From assembly GCF_052425735.1 (NCBI RefSeq), contig NC_135764.1, forward strand, positions 25,420,001 through 25,484,000: DNA of 64,000 nt. Direction: 5' to 3'. The stretch comes from Oculina patagonica. Taxonomy: Eukaryota. The first letter of the stretch is position 1. Each line of letters begins with the position of its first letter. A program made the translations under genes and the position numbers. Below the pieces are notes generated by a model, which did no database searches, was not told the origin of the DNA, and was given only the letters and a program-made list of their open reading frames with translations. Of this stretch, positions 40,518-54,289 are shown one piece after another.

Positions 40518-43500
40518 ATGGCGACCAGTGCAGTGAGTACGACAGATCGATTTTACTTCACCAAAGAACAGTTGCAAAATACGCCATCTAGAAAGAATGG
40601 AATTGATCCAGAGAAAGAGCAAAGTTACCGGCAACAGGCGGCAACGCTTATTCAAGACATGGGACAGCGTCTTTCTGTGTATCCTTTCGATAAACGCTGT
40701 TATAGTTTTGACTTCTTTAATTATTACGTTGCTTAACTTAAAATTTCCTCCTTCGTCAAAAATTTCTATTCCTTAACGTGGTCTTATAGGAGCCAACTGA
40801 CAATAAACACAGCCATCGTTTACATGCACAGATTCTACATGTTCCACTCTTTCAACAAATTCCATCGAAACGTAAGTTGAACCGGCAAAGGTCTAACACG
40901 CATTCCTTCTTGCAAATAAGATTTAACTTTAAGCTCAAATTTAAAATTCAATTTATAGTTTTATGACCTTTATCGAGTTAATTTTAATTTCAAGGTTTTT
41001 CTTTAAGCAATTATTGAGTGCTATCCACTATAAATGATGATGTCATTTACTTTAAACATGTGAACTTGTTGTTACTACTGATTGTGTTTCACTCATATTT
41101 TGTCATTTCGTCTTGAATGCCATTTGTTTTAAATCTGTACTAAGGGCCTGATTACATGAGCCAGGCTGCCAAGGTTAGCTAGGCTGGCTCGGTTTGCCGA
41201 GATGAATTTCAGCCCGGTATTACATGAGACCGGTTAGCCGGGCTGACCCGGTTTGCCGAGATGACTTTCAGCCCGGTTTCAGCACGAATGATCAGAGCAT
41301 GAATGATCTTGATCACCTTTTTCCGGAAATTTGGTGATTAAATGTTTTGCACTTATGCAGCTGGATGGGTTACTTTACCTCTTCATCCTATTTAGACGGA
41401 GTAGCATTGATTTTTTCGTCGGATATTGTGCTCGGAAGAGAAATTAAATGCTGGCCCGCTTAGCCAGGCTGGCCCGGTGAACGCGATTACATGGAAAATT
41501 TTCAGCCCGTCTAGCCGAGATCCCGGCATCGCGATACCAGGATCTCGCCTAACCGGGCTGGCCCGGTTGTCATGTAATCGCGAAGTTGATTTTTGTTGCA
41601 TTTAACAGACGTGCCAAGATCTCGGCAAACCGAGCCAGCCCGGCTCATGTAGTCAGGACCTAAGGTTATCTGCTTTACAGACCCTCCAATCATTTGACAA
41701 CTATAAATTTAAATTGTTAAATGCTAACATATATTATAACTAACCTAAATTGTATTTCTGTATTTACTACAATCATGTCACATTTTAATATGTACACATG
41801 TATGTAGGCCCTGGCACCATGTTGCCTGTTCCTGGCTGCTAAAATTGAAGAACAACCTCGTAAACTGGAACATGTTATCAAGGTTGCACATGCTTGCTTA
41901 CACAGAGATGGCCCTCCACTGGACCTCAAGAGTGAAGTATGTTTCATTTTGTTCCTTTTCTATCTGAATTTTTATGGTTGTTTTTATTGTGCTATTTAAT
42001 ATTAATATCATAAATTTCCAAGTTCCACTCTTCCAGGTTAAGACCTTTTACTTTCAGGGTCATAATACGTAAGTGTACATGTGACTGACTGACTTACTGA
42101 CTTATTCCTTTAGGCTCCTGGTGGAGCAAATGGCGTCAACAATGCTTCGCCACCGAACTCTATTTGCTGCCGCCTTCTCTGCTGCGTACAGTATACATGT
42201 ACTAGGCCAATATTCAAACCCAATGACTTGTGGGGTCAAACATGAAGTGTTGCCTCTGTTATATGTATAATGTTTTATTTTCTTAACACAACTTAAGGTA
42301 TAGTATACCCCAACCATTTCAAAAAAAAATATTTTTTATTTTCGGATGATCTCATTAAGACCTTTCATCAAAAAAAAATTATGGAAAAAGATTTACTCTA
42401 CACAGATTATGAAGAAAAAACATTTCTTGCCATTATTTTTTTTTTTGATATTGATAGCTGTCAACAGGTTGTTAAAGGGGCGATGCTACCAGCACTATAA
42501 GTTCGTTGAGTCTTTATTTTTCGCTGGCAATCATATTTTCAGCGTCAGTAAAGAAACATTTCCCATTCCTACTCAAGTTGAAAATGTTGAAAAACGGGAA
42601 AGGACAAAAGATTTGGCAGATGCGCTAGTAGATAGCGACAACGTTTCGCCGCTGAATGGGTAAAGCACGACCTGAATCACGACCCGCAGTTCCTCGCTTA
42701 CTTTGACATTTAGATTTTATTCCACGTTATTTGTTTAGATAAAATTCATGAGATTCGGCGGTGAAGTAGTAAACAGCAACAGTCTGTTTCCGGCAGAGCC
42801 TGACAGCGCGGAAAAGTTTTATAAATGACCTTCACTACGCTCAACGCCTGTCATTTTCACACGTCTTTAATTATCTCATACACCGGAAGCGGCTCGTACA
42901 ACAGAGTCGAGAGGCGTAATTCTTTCAAGGAGTTAAATATAAATGTTGCCCGAACGAGCAATTTCGCGATTTTTTTTTTTTCTTCTTTCAAAAGTTATGC
43001 TTTTTAACGCAGAGAATAGTTGTTTCTTACACTCTTGAAGTTTAACTGCGTGTCAAAAACAAACAGACAATAACAATTTCCCCGACACAGTTTTTTATAG
43101 AAAGGTGTGAAAAACACAAGCGATGTTGATCGCTTCTTTCCGTTCAAAATTGTCCGGAAGAACCCGATTTATGAGCCTCGGTACTTTTGGAAAAAACACG
43201 CTCTTTTTGGACAACATTAATATTTGAACTTAAAATAAATGTATCTTCGCAATCTACAATTCCTAAGCTTTCAGAAAATATATACTTTGCTGGGGTTTGC
43301 TTTAATTAACAGACGGTAAGGCAGCTCCAACGCACACTGGTCATTTGGGGTATACTGATACCTTAATTTCTTTATTTATTTTAATTCAACTGCATTTTTT
43401 TCTTTTAAGGAATACCTACAACAAGCTCAGGATTTGGTTGAAAATGAAAGCATTCTTTTGCAAACATTAGGTAAGGAACAAATTAATAAGCTGACAACCA

Positions 43501-46500
43501 AAGTAGCCAGCCAGCAAAACCTTGCAGTGTAACCAGCCAACTTCGCCAGCTGCTGGCTGTTATATACAACCCTGCCTTCAAGAGAAACCTTTTCAGAGAT
43601 TCAACCTAAAAAATCCGATACTGTATGATACAGTTTGTTTTCGTTTCCCTCATTTGGCCGTTTTGGTGGTTTGTTTTGGTTGTCTCAGTGGTTTCAGTTG
43701 TTTCCTTTCAGTGGTTTCCTTGCGTTGTTTCAGGTTTTAGTACATGCCATGTTTCTGGTCACATCACTGATGTTTCTGAAGTGAGGGGAGAATTGACTAT
43801 ACTCAGGCTATAACTAAAACTCTTCTTTCTTGTTTATTTCAGGATTTGAGATTACTGTTCATCACCCTCACACATATGTGGTCAAGTGTATACAGTTGGT
43901 CAGAGGTGGGTGGCGATGCTTGATTTTCTAGCGTAATCAGAAACCCATAAGGGTTGAAACGTGTAACGCGCGCGCACAGCGTTTGAATATTCATTTTGCT
44001 AAGTACCATATTTGGAAACACGAAGAATTTGTACGCGAATGCTTTATACACGTAATGACACACGCAACATACCGGTAATGTTTGGTTTTTCGGTAAGTTG
44101 CTTGAATTTCGACCTAAAAACCGTAAATTTCTTACAGAAACTAAAGAAATACATTAAGTGTATCGAAGCGAAGTTCTCCAGGACTACTTCAAGAAGATGA
44201 AACAGGAGAATTTTACCAAATTTAACTTTATTTAACCAAGCTTGTTCAAAAACAAGATTATGCCATCGAGCGCGAGCTAGCGCGCGCTGTGAATTTAATC
44301 CCGAATAGAGTAATTTTGATTGGTTAAATGTTTCTCGTGATTTTCCAAATATGGTACTTAGTGTAAACGAATGTGCAAACGCTTTGTACAATACGGATTA
44401 TAGGGAGTTACACGTTTCAACCCTTATGGGCTTCTGGCGTAATGTAATTATAGTAAATGCCTTGTACCCAGGAACTTGATCAGAAGTTCATATCATGTGA
44501 CCGCTTGGGTGAGAGTAGTTCTGAAAAGAACTGTTGTTGGTGACTGAGGTTTTGGCAACTGGAGCAGAAGTCATTCTGACTTGACTCTGAATATGATTTC
44601 TGGTCAGGTTGTTGAAACAATGATGGTACAAACTTTCCCAGTAAAAAAAAATAAATTACAAAGATATAGCGTACTATGCATTTAGTTACTGCATTCTGGT
44701 AAACTACTTCAACATTTTCTTACTTATATATTGATGGAAAGAAAACAAAAGTATAACAGGTAGGTCAAACGTTAATACTACTTAAGTCATGTTACTGTCA
44801 TTTCGTTCAGTTGGTGAATTTTGGGACTGTGAACATTACATTACCTTTATGCTACATAGTGTATTTATTCTGTATTGGAGATTATAAATCCATTTCATAC
44901 ATGTATGTGCAGTGTAGTGAGGGTTTAGAGCAAAACCATTCAGAAATAGATGTTAATGCAGTTGTTAGCCGTTTGATGCACATACAAACAAGGAGAAATG
45001 TTCATTCTGCTTTAAAGTGTTCACTGATGTGTGGACCCTTTCGCCTTGTTAAGACCTTCTTAAGAAAGGAATAATATCATAGGCTCATCTGCAATAACAG
45101 CTATTGTACGATTTTTCTTAGCAACCATATCAACACATTTTTTCTCTCATTTCTGTTAGTGCACAGTCACCGTAAGTTTATTTAAATTGTAAATTTAATT
45201 TTTCCTCCAGCTCTGCAGCTCTTCTGGTTTGGCACTTGCTTTCATTCTGACAGGCCTGAATTCAACTTATTGTCAGTAGCATTCCTTTTTTCCCATTAAG
45301 CATGCTTTTACACAATACTGCAGACATAAGAATACAGGCAAAAACTGAACAGGAATTCATGACTATAAAAGTGACCAATGCTTAGAGAAAATTGTACCAG
45401 TCCTGTAGAATTCAAAACCTTAACCCCGCTTCCAAAACTGCACCCTGCCGCTACCTTTGTGTGTTCCCCCAAGAGATTGGATGTTTTTGCACTAAGCCCT
45501 TATCTGTCATGATACATACATGTATATGTACAGTACTCTGAATAATTAGTTACTTGTGGTAAATGATTTGATTTGCTAATTTACCATTTCACACTACCCA
45601 CTCCAGCAAGCAAGGACCTTGGCCAGACCTCGTACTTCATGGCCACTAACAGGTAGAGCCATCCTACCTTGTGTTCGTTTCACATGTATTACTGACTGAC
45701 TGTTGGTCAACATGGGAGACAGTGGGCGAACGCTTGCCAAGTGTGATGATTGCTGCACATTTTTTAGCTCATTATTGGAAGGAATTTTGCAGATGTTGCA
45801 AAAATGAATTGATTTATGTTTGGAAGGGATCTGGCATCTGAGAGGTTTTAGGTGCACATGAGAAGACCACATAGTATAGAACTCAGGAAGCATATAACAA
45901 TATGAAACACAAAATAGGCTCTACAGTCATCAAAAGGGACATCAAACGCCTCTGCACATAACGTACATGCATACATGTATATTGGAAAATAGGGCGCTTG
46001 TGATGAGAAGAAATTGTATTGTTCGTTAAAGGAGCCCAATCTAAATTATTAGTGGAGATGGGGGGCGTAGCTTTTATTTGGGAGTATTTGTCATTCCAAT
46101 ATGAGGATTTGATTTTTAGAGGACTTTTTTTTGGAGATTTTAAGTATGAGCAATGATCTCTGTTGAAGAAGTAATCACTGAATCTAGATTTTATTTTTTC
46201 ACCACAGATCAAAAATTAATATTGATCAAGTGACTGCAAAGTGTAATGCTGGTAAATGTTAATAAGTATCATGTGTTACCATTAATATTTAATGTATTTG
46301 TTCCTTCACAGCCTCCATCTGACCACTCTGTGTCTCCAGTACAAGCCTCCAGTAGTTGCTTGTGCGTGTATCCACCTTGCATCAAAGTGGTCCAACTGGG
46401 AGGTAAGCTGTTTTGAGTCATCACACAGTTAGTAAGTATTTAACAACAACCTTTGTAGGGGTAACCTCTGTATGGGAAGTGCGGTGGCCTAATGGTTAGT

Positions 46501-49500
46501 GCGCCAGACTCCCGATCAAGCGGCCCAAGTTCTAGCCCCGGCTGGGGTCACTGTGTTGTGTTCTTGGGCAAAACACTTTACCCGCATATTGCCTCTCTCC
46601 ACCCAGGTGTATAAATGGGTGCCAGTGACGTAATGCTGGCGGGGGGTACCCTGCAACGAACTAGCATCCTATTCAGATGAAGTGGAATTATTCTCAGCTG
46701 CCTAATGCTACGGAAACCGGGATAAGCTCCGGCAGTGTGGGCTGCATGGCTTTTGGCTTCCCTTCCCTTCTTTTCTCTGTAGGGGTATCAAACATGTTTT
46801 TGGGAGCATGTGAGCACAGCATTTTTCTTTTTGGGCACGAGCATTGACACAAGTTAGCTTTGTGAGCAACAAGAACTTTTCCAAAAGCTACCTCCACTAA
46901 AAAACCAAGCATGTGAGCACTTGTAAAATATGCAACCACGAGCAAACAGCACCCACTAAAATTTTGTGAGCATTCTGAGCAAAAGCCTTATTTTGCAAGC
47001 ACTGCAAAACTTTGAGGGGCCATTCATGACCCCTTTCTGTCAGAGATTAAGCTCTAGTTTTATTTGCTTTGTGTATCTTGTTCACAAACTGTTTTAATTT
47101 TTTAGATTCCTCAATCAAATGATGGCAAAGATTGGTGGGAATACATTGATCCTAGTGTCAGCAAATCGATGTTAGATGGTATGCATTTTGCGTAATTGTT
47201 ATTTTTTATCAATTATTACTTTATTATTGATTTATTAAATGGCTGCTGAGATTAAACTATTCCGTGTCCTTTAACTGTTTCAGACATAGCACAAGATTTT
47301 CTTAAAGTCATGGAAAAGTGCCCTAACAGGTTGAAGAGAAAGATCAGTTCTGTCACCAACTTAAAGGCAAGATACATGTATACTAACTGTATAATTTAGC
47401 TTATTCAACCCTCCAAGTTAAGATCATTTTAGTTGCCATGACTAAAGTCGCCACCCTGGGGACTAAAATTGAGAAGAAGGATTGAGGTATGAGCTTAATT
47501 TAGCACCTGAAATTTTTTGCTGGTGACCAGACTTGAGCAGCTGGATGCCGAATGGCCACTAAGGAAAAAAATAAAAGAAGAAGAGGATGATGCAGTGATG
47601 TAGTTTTGCTGCGAGTGGAAGGGAGGGGGAGGGGGGGGGGTGGTGTGCTGTATTTGATGCATACCCCTCCATTTCTCCTTTTCCCCAGATCAGCCTTATT
47701 GGGGAAAGTGATGTTACAGTGAAACCCCGATTTGAAGAAGTGGCAAGAGACTGGGGTTTGTCATATTACAGTTCTGTTCCAAGACATTTTACTGTTTTGG
47801 CTGGGTGAAGAATGAGTTTTTTATACCAGGGACTTCTTTTAGAGGGGATCGTTTGATCAAGGTTCCATTGTATTTCTTAAGCTTATTAGCATGACCTAGT
47901 GACCTACCATCAGGCAAACTCTTCATCTGATTGGCTTTACAAGTGCTGTCTAATTTTGGATAGACTACCCAGAGTGTGCCCAAGTAAAATTACCAAAATC
48001 ACAAACCAAACCATAAATAAACCACTTTCACTGAATATTTTGTCGAATATATCGGTCTCTGGGTTATGCTAAAACAATCAGACGGCTCCCTCGGTTTTTA
48101 TTGGCTTTTGATAGTTTGCTTAGGGCTTGGCCCCTCGCCAACTACTCTATCAGCCGATAGAAACCTGGAGCATGTCATCTAAGTTATTGATGCAAGTTAC
48201 TTTGAAAAATATTTCTAGCTCCCATGAGTTTCCTTAAGCGTATGTGTAGTAGGGCTACGACATGTAGGTTTGTCTCCCGTTTGGATAACTCGGATATTTT
48301 TCCAAGTAGCTTACCTCACTAGCATTTTGTGCATGGATAAGACTTCCATTTGTCGCAAAAATCACAACAGTTTTGCAATGCCTTGGCTTTTGGTAATTTG
48401 CAGGGTGTATCACACAGCAAGGTATCAAAAGGAGAATCAAGTAAAACAAATGGTGGAGCTTCAGGTAGTAGCTTAAGTATATCAGCAATGGCTGCAGCTC
48501 ATAATAGCCTGGACAGCGCTCATAATGGGTATGCTTCTTACGATGGATCATACCTTCAAAATGACTTAGATGGGAAATTATTGCACAAGCAAAAATCTGA
48601 CAAAGAGAAGGAAAGGGATAAAGAGAAAAGAAAGGAATCATCGCTGGGGAAACTCAAACCCTTACCTGCGACTGCATCAAGCGGGGCAAGTTCGTCAGCT
48701 ACTGTTACAGCCATGCCTCCCTTGCCGCCCTTGCCCCCGTTGACCTCAAAATATGCTACTGTGACAACTACAGCTAGTCAATTAACGCCAGCTAGCGATG
48801 CAAAGATTTCTACATCTACGGCTCATTCTACTTCTGGGACATCATCAGCGAAAGATCCTTTGTCATCGCGCAAACATAGACATCACCATCAGGGGGATGG
48901 GCAGCCCGCAAAGAAGCACAAATCTTCGCACAATCACTCGCAACGCTCACACTCTTCCTCGCATCGCAAATCTAGCGCATCGTCTCAATCCTCCGATTCT
49001 TCCCCCTCTAAAAGTGCCAAACATTCTCATTCATCGTCTCAGCACAAAAGCTCCAGCCATGCTGTTAAGCCGTCACATCCTTCTCATCACTCTCAGCCAG
49101 GTCACTTGTCTTCTCAAGGTGCTCATAGCTCTTCTCATTCTGTGCATTCTCACTCTTCCAAGAAACCTCACCCTCCCTCCCACCACACGCCTTCAAGCCA
49201 CAAGCCGCCGTCACACCATGGACACAGCCATTCATCGTCCCATAAGTCTTCCTCAGGTACATCGCAATCTGTTAAAAAACATTCTTCAAGTTCAGTGAAA
49301 CCACCACCGATGCTTGCTCCTACTCAGCCAGTGGCTAAACCAATGACTCCCCCACCACCCCCTCCCCCTCCTCCAGCCATGGACTTTGGTTTACTTCCAG
49401 GTGCTCTTGGTGGTTTTCCAGGTGCAGAAATGCAACCCCCACCTCCTCCCGGTGGGCAATTTACAGCTCAATTTTTGCAACCACCTGCCTTTCCATCTGG

Positions 49501-49600
49501 TGTAATGCCGGGAATGATGCCTGGAATGGTCCCCCCTCCACCACCCCCAGAACCTGAACCATCATCGCCCCCACCACCACCCCCTCCGCCCTTACCATGA
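40518..49600 (+). CDS. CCNT: Cyclin T (P-TEFb regulatory subunit), 10 exons, about 661 aa
   Basis: Exons 40518-40678, 40790-40871, 41808-41936, 43410-43470, 43843-43905, 45607-45652, 46312-46402, 47106-47178, 47284-47366, 48404-49600. Cyclin-box motifs [68 protein letters not shown]; C-terminal His/Ser-rich and Pro-rich tail. Confidence 0.95.
40679..40789 (+). other. U12-type GT-AG intron 1 of cyclin T
   Basis: Donor GTATCCTTT at 40679, branch site TTCCTTAAC at 40769-40777, TAG at 40787-40789. Confidence 0.93.
41144..41660. mobile_element. PIF/Harbinger-type MITE
   Basis: TAA|GGGCCTGATTACATGAGCC...GGCTCATGTAGTCAGGACC|TAA. Confidence 0.82.
42297..43362. mobile_element. TTAA-flanked non-autonomous element (Kolobok-like)
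   Basis: TTAA|GGTATAGTATACCCCAA...TTGGGGTATACTGATACC|TTAA. Confidence 0.75.
43938..44436. mobile_element. MITE with 7-bp TSD (P-element-like)
   Basis: GCGTAAT|CAGAAACCCATAAGGGTTGAAACGTGTAAC...GTTACACGTTTCAACCCTTATGGGCTTCTG|GCGTAAT. Confidence 0.85.
46474..46770 (+). mobile_element. tRNA-derived SINE
   Basis: Box A TGGCCTAATGG; same body as 30117-30408. Confidence 0.82.
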
Positions 49601-49993
49601 CATCAGCTGGGGAGGCTGTCCAGAGTTGTCTGCATAAAGGACGTGTACTGCGCACCGAAGAAGGGTACTTCATTCGTTAGATTGGAAATGCTAATGTATC
49701 CTTGAAAGCCCAAGAGTTGAAGAAAACAAATTTTTATACAGCACAAGAAAAAAATCACTAGTCTTGATGTATCATGGCATCTATAGCTCCCTGAGGGTTT
49801 CTAACTTTTAAAAAGGCAAAGGAAATTCTGATTCTTGATCAACAAAAATCAGCACTTCACTGGCTGCAAGTCACAATTGCTTGTGAATGAGTCTTTTGAC
49901 AAATTGTGCCAGGCCATTACCAAGCCGTAAAACAAATTACATGTAGTTAAGGTTAAAACTGTGGCAAGATTAACTGGGGGCTATAGATACAAC

Positions 49994-50285
49994 CAGAAAC
50001 CCATAAGGGTTGAAACGTGTAACTCCCTATGATTCGCTATGTACAAGCGTTGCACACGACACTAAGTACCATATTTGCAATCCGAACATTACCAACATAC
50101 TAATTTGAACACGCCGGGCGCGCATGAAGCTGGAGTAATTTGAATTCCCCCATCTGAGAACCGCCAACACAATGACTTAGCTCTGAAGAAAACGCGAGAA
50201 ACAGCACCCGCAACTGTGATTTGTGTCAAATGAAGCAAAATGATCAAACACTGGGGCGCGGCACGTTCAACCTTATGGGTTTCTG
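49994..50285. mobile_element. Second MITE of the 7-bp-TSD family, just downstream of the cyclin T stop
   Basis: ATACAAC|CAGAAACCCATAAGGGTTGAA...TTCAACCTTATGGGTTTCTG|ATACTAC. Confidence 0.8.
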
Positions 50286-52499
50286 ATACTACGCATATTG
50301 TTTCTTGTATTCGACTAAATTCTTGCATCTCAAATTTTTGGCAGTTTCTTTAGATTTCTGGCAAAAAAATGCTGTTTTCACGAGACAGCATTTATTAGAG
50401 TTGTGATCCCCGGCAAAATAAAAATGCAGCAAAATGCAGTGCCGTTTTGTTGATCAAGAAACAGGTTATCTTTTAGTCGGGTAGGGAACTCGTGCTTTTG
50501 TGCATCAGACATCACTTTTTTTGTACAAACCTCTTCTCATTATGTAGGGCGTAGAAAAATTTAGAAAAAGGAAATTTAACATCATTTTCATTGCACCAAA
50601 GAATGACAAAGAATGAAGTTTAATCAACACCACAAAAAAGAAATAAAAAGTTGAAAATGTTGAAAAACAGGTCATCAGTATATGCGGGAGAAAAAAGAAG
50701 CATTTTTTTATTATTTAAATTTTCGAATTGGTTAAAGAAGACAGCAAAAGTTTAAATTAAGTGTATTTACTTTTTAGTGATAGCAAAACACAAATTATTT
50801 ACTTACCTTACTGCAAATTTTAAAATTATTAGCGTTTGCGCAGTGAAAAAAGAAACCACAACTGTATTCTCGGTATTGGACTGGAAATAGCTTGCAATGG
50901 AGACATCTGCAGGCAATCTTTTCAAATGCAGATGACGTAAAGCTCCTTTTAAGATAACCCCTGCATACCACCAGCACCGACACCACCCTCCCCCCCCCCC
51001 CTCCTACCCCCATTAGCTCGTATTGCAAGCTACCGGTAGTTCCAACCCAGTACCGAGATTATAAATGTCTGTAAGTCCTTACTGGGTGAATTTACTGTTG
51101 TTCACTGGCCATGAAAATGGTTAAAGAAGACAGCTGTCTATTTGTGTCCAGAATGGCGTATATGTATTATATTTCAAGCTGAACTTAAAAGTTAGGCGCG
51201 ACGCCACAAGAAGACAGTAATGCGTTAATAAGGTGGCGACACACTAAGGAACATTTTGCACGGGCATGTTGCAGTGACATGTAACTGGAGCAAAAATTAC
51301 ATCGTGCACACACAAGAAAATGTGGCAGGGACATGTTTCAGGGACAATTCCTCTGAAAAGTGTCAAGATGCATAAGGAGATGTGACGCTGCAGCATGTCC
51401 CAGAACACTACATTTTATTGTGTAAACGTTGTGATCATGATTTTGTTCCCCCTGCATGTCCCTGCGACATGTCCCTTTGTGTCTGAGCACCCTTTAAAGC
51501 CACCTGGTACAGCACATAATTTATTTTTAATTATTGCTAATATTGTTACGTATGAGATAATAGTGAATTGTATGTATGCAATTGTCTGTTAATTTATTTT
51601 GAAAATAGATATTTCGAAATACTTGTCAGTAGTGTGTTGCAGTGTAAAATAATAGTATCAAATGTTAATTGTATAAAATATTGTTATTTCAAGGGAAACT
51701 TGAGTGTAATGAAAACCAAATGCAGATCTGTTAAGCATTTAAATACATTGTTAAGTATATAAGTTGCGAGTAGTAAGGAAATAGGGAAAATTGTTTCAAC
51801 GGAGCTAGCTCCTTTTGAAGGTCCATATTGGTTGGGAACCTGCGTTTGCTAAGCCCAGTAAAGGCCAATTACACGGACGATTTGTCACATGCGACATGCT
51901 CAACAGGCCTACGCACAGGACCACACACGACACACGGCGAGCTGTCAAGCAGCGCATGCGACAAAATCGCACCTTGTAAATCGGCCTTTAATGGAGCTCT
52001 CCCATGGGAATAGTCAGTGATTAGTTATTATGCTTGTTGTGGCCATCTGATTGGCTCTCGTGAATTGTATACCGACCTCGTTTCCAGGGTGAGCACCTGG
52101 GAGCAAGGTCGCACTTCCACACCCCTCTCTGTTTGCAGTATTTGAGTAAACTGAAGCACTATTATATTTACTATTAGCACTTGTACAGGTCTTGAGCTCT
52201 GGAAGCTTACTTGATGCGTTAAAAATTGCACGCAAAGCTCGATCAGTTTTGATGACACTTAGATAACTTTGCTGGTCAAAGAATCAATCATTTTGTTTAT
52301 AATGAAAAAACCTTTCCTTCCAGAGTTTCCGCTGGTAATTTAATATATGAAGTTGAAGAATACGTAACGCATATATTGTAGGTACAAAACTTGTAGTTTA
52401 CGTTAAAAGAGTTGTAAACAGTAATTACTAGTACTGTACGACTTCATTAAAAACAAAAACTTCTAATAGCTTATTCTATTAGATGACACTTAATGAGGC

Positions 52500-53810
52500 T
52501 CGATGATAACAGTTAAAACAGATTTTTCAAAATTTCTCAACAGTTAGTCAATCACTAAACTACATATCAAAAAATAAACACCAAGTGTCAGTCAGATCGA
52601 GAATCAGCTTTTGAGAACAAAAAGAAACGTCAATCGTCATGTAACCGTTGTGACAGTGACGGTAAACAATTTGTCACTTTGATCATTATGTGTATTTGGC
52701 AAAATCGAACATGGCTCCTAGGTAATTTTAATTTTCAAAACAACCACCCTTCGGCTAAAAAAACTACATCGAGCCTCCTTAATGTCCATAATGAACAGAA
52801 GTTTTTCATTTGTAGGAAGAAGATTTTCTGATCCGTTTAAACTTCATTCTGGCTTTACCGAGTCGGTTCTGTTTAGAATAATTTTAAGGTTACTACTCAA
52901 ACACTTTGATGTATTAAATATTAACGAATAGAAAATAAATTTCTATTTACATAATTGGAAGGTTTCGATTTGTCTGCTCCTTAACTTTTTAACACTTTTA
53001 AACAAGTTAGTGGCTTCTACGCACTGGGTTGGCAGGATTGCTTGACCATCCGAAAGGGCGTCTATGTGATGTGATGTCGTGGGGAGCCATGCAAGTATAG
53101 CTGAGACTTGATATTACCGCTGGGGTAACCCTTGGGGGTCACCGGTGGGGCAACGATCGTAAGGAGACTCAATATAGTTTCCTTAGCTCTAGGGTGGTTG
53201 TTTTGAAAATGAAAATTGATAAAATTATCAACGAAGCCAGATTTTGATTTTTGCCAAAAATACACCACAATGATCAAATATGACCAAAGTTTAATTTTTT
53301 TCTGGTCACCTTAGTCCCAAAGGTTACCATAGCAACGATTGTCTTTTTCTTTTGTCTTCAAACAAGGCCTGATTTTCTCGAAATCTAGATTGACTCTTGG
53401 TATTAATTCTTTGATATGTTAAAGTTAAGTACATTGACTAACCGTGGACGAAATTTTAGAAAAATCTGTAAGAGCGTTTTCAAGTAAATCAAGAAAGAAG
53501 TTTACAGAAAAATCTCGTCTTAATGTGAAATGGGCACTTTTAAATGAGAACAATTATTCAAAATAAAATATATAAATACTTAAACCATCAAAAACCCTTA
53601 ATTAAAAGCGAGAGAGTGTTTGCTCTAATTTGTTAAAATATATCGACTGCCGATTATAAGAAATTACAAGAAGTTACAAAAATCTTCATTCCTGGTTTAC
53701 TCTAAAACGCTCTTACAGATTTTTCTAAAATTTTGTCAACAGGTAGTCAATCCACTATACTTTAAAATCAAGCTTGTTTGAAAACAAAAGAAAAAGACAA
53801 TCGTTGTTAT
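52500..53810. repeat. Degenerate nested inverted repeats (old foldback element)
   Basis: About 52560-52770 is an inverted copy of about 53170-53410, and about 53330-53500 of about 53680-53810. Confidence 0.5.
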
Positions 53811-54289
53811 GGTAGAGGTTGGACTGCAAAATAGTAGTTTTTCTTTAATTTTGCTTCGCCCCAGTCTCGCTATCCATTTAGACACTTGCTATTTTGGTCG
53901 AAGACCTCGCGCGTTTGCAAAAAAAGGAAAACGACTGTTTTGCAGTTTACTTTCTAGAGGAGGTGGGAATCAAAATAACATCCCCTGTTCCCCGCCACTT
54001 AGACTACCCGAGAAGGAAAGCGATGGGTGTTTAGGGCGTTGCCGCTCTGAAGAGTAGCACGTGCTCGATCAAGTCATTTGCGGACTGGTAACTAGATATA
54101 TGTACGCCTAGCGGACCTATCTTTATCCAAATTGTGAAGAAATGAAAAAAAAGTTGAACTTTGTCTTGCATGACATGAATAGCAGACAATTTGGCAAGTT
54201 ACCCAAACTCGTGTATCACGTAACAAGCTGAAGAAGTATTCATTCCTCTGCGCTGTAGACTTGCGAATTACTGAAACATCGCCATAATC

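Noticed and set aside
44495-44620. Possible Penelope-like terminal fragments (also about 37400-37690)
   Set aside because: Short and non-coding; family cannot be assigned without a search.
48350-48403. 416-aa ORF as a stand-alone gene
   Set aside because: It starts at TTG and is the last cyclin T exon, with its acceptor at 48403.
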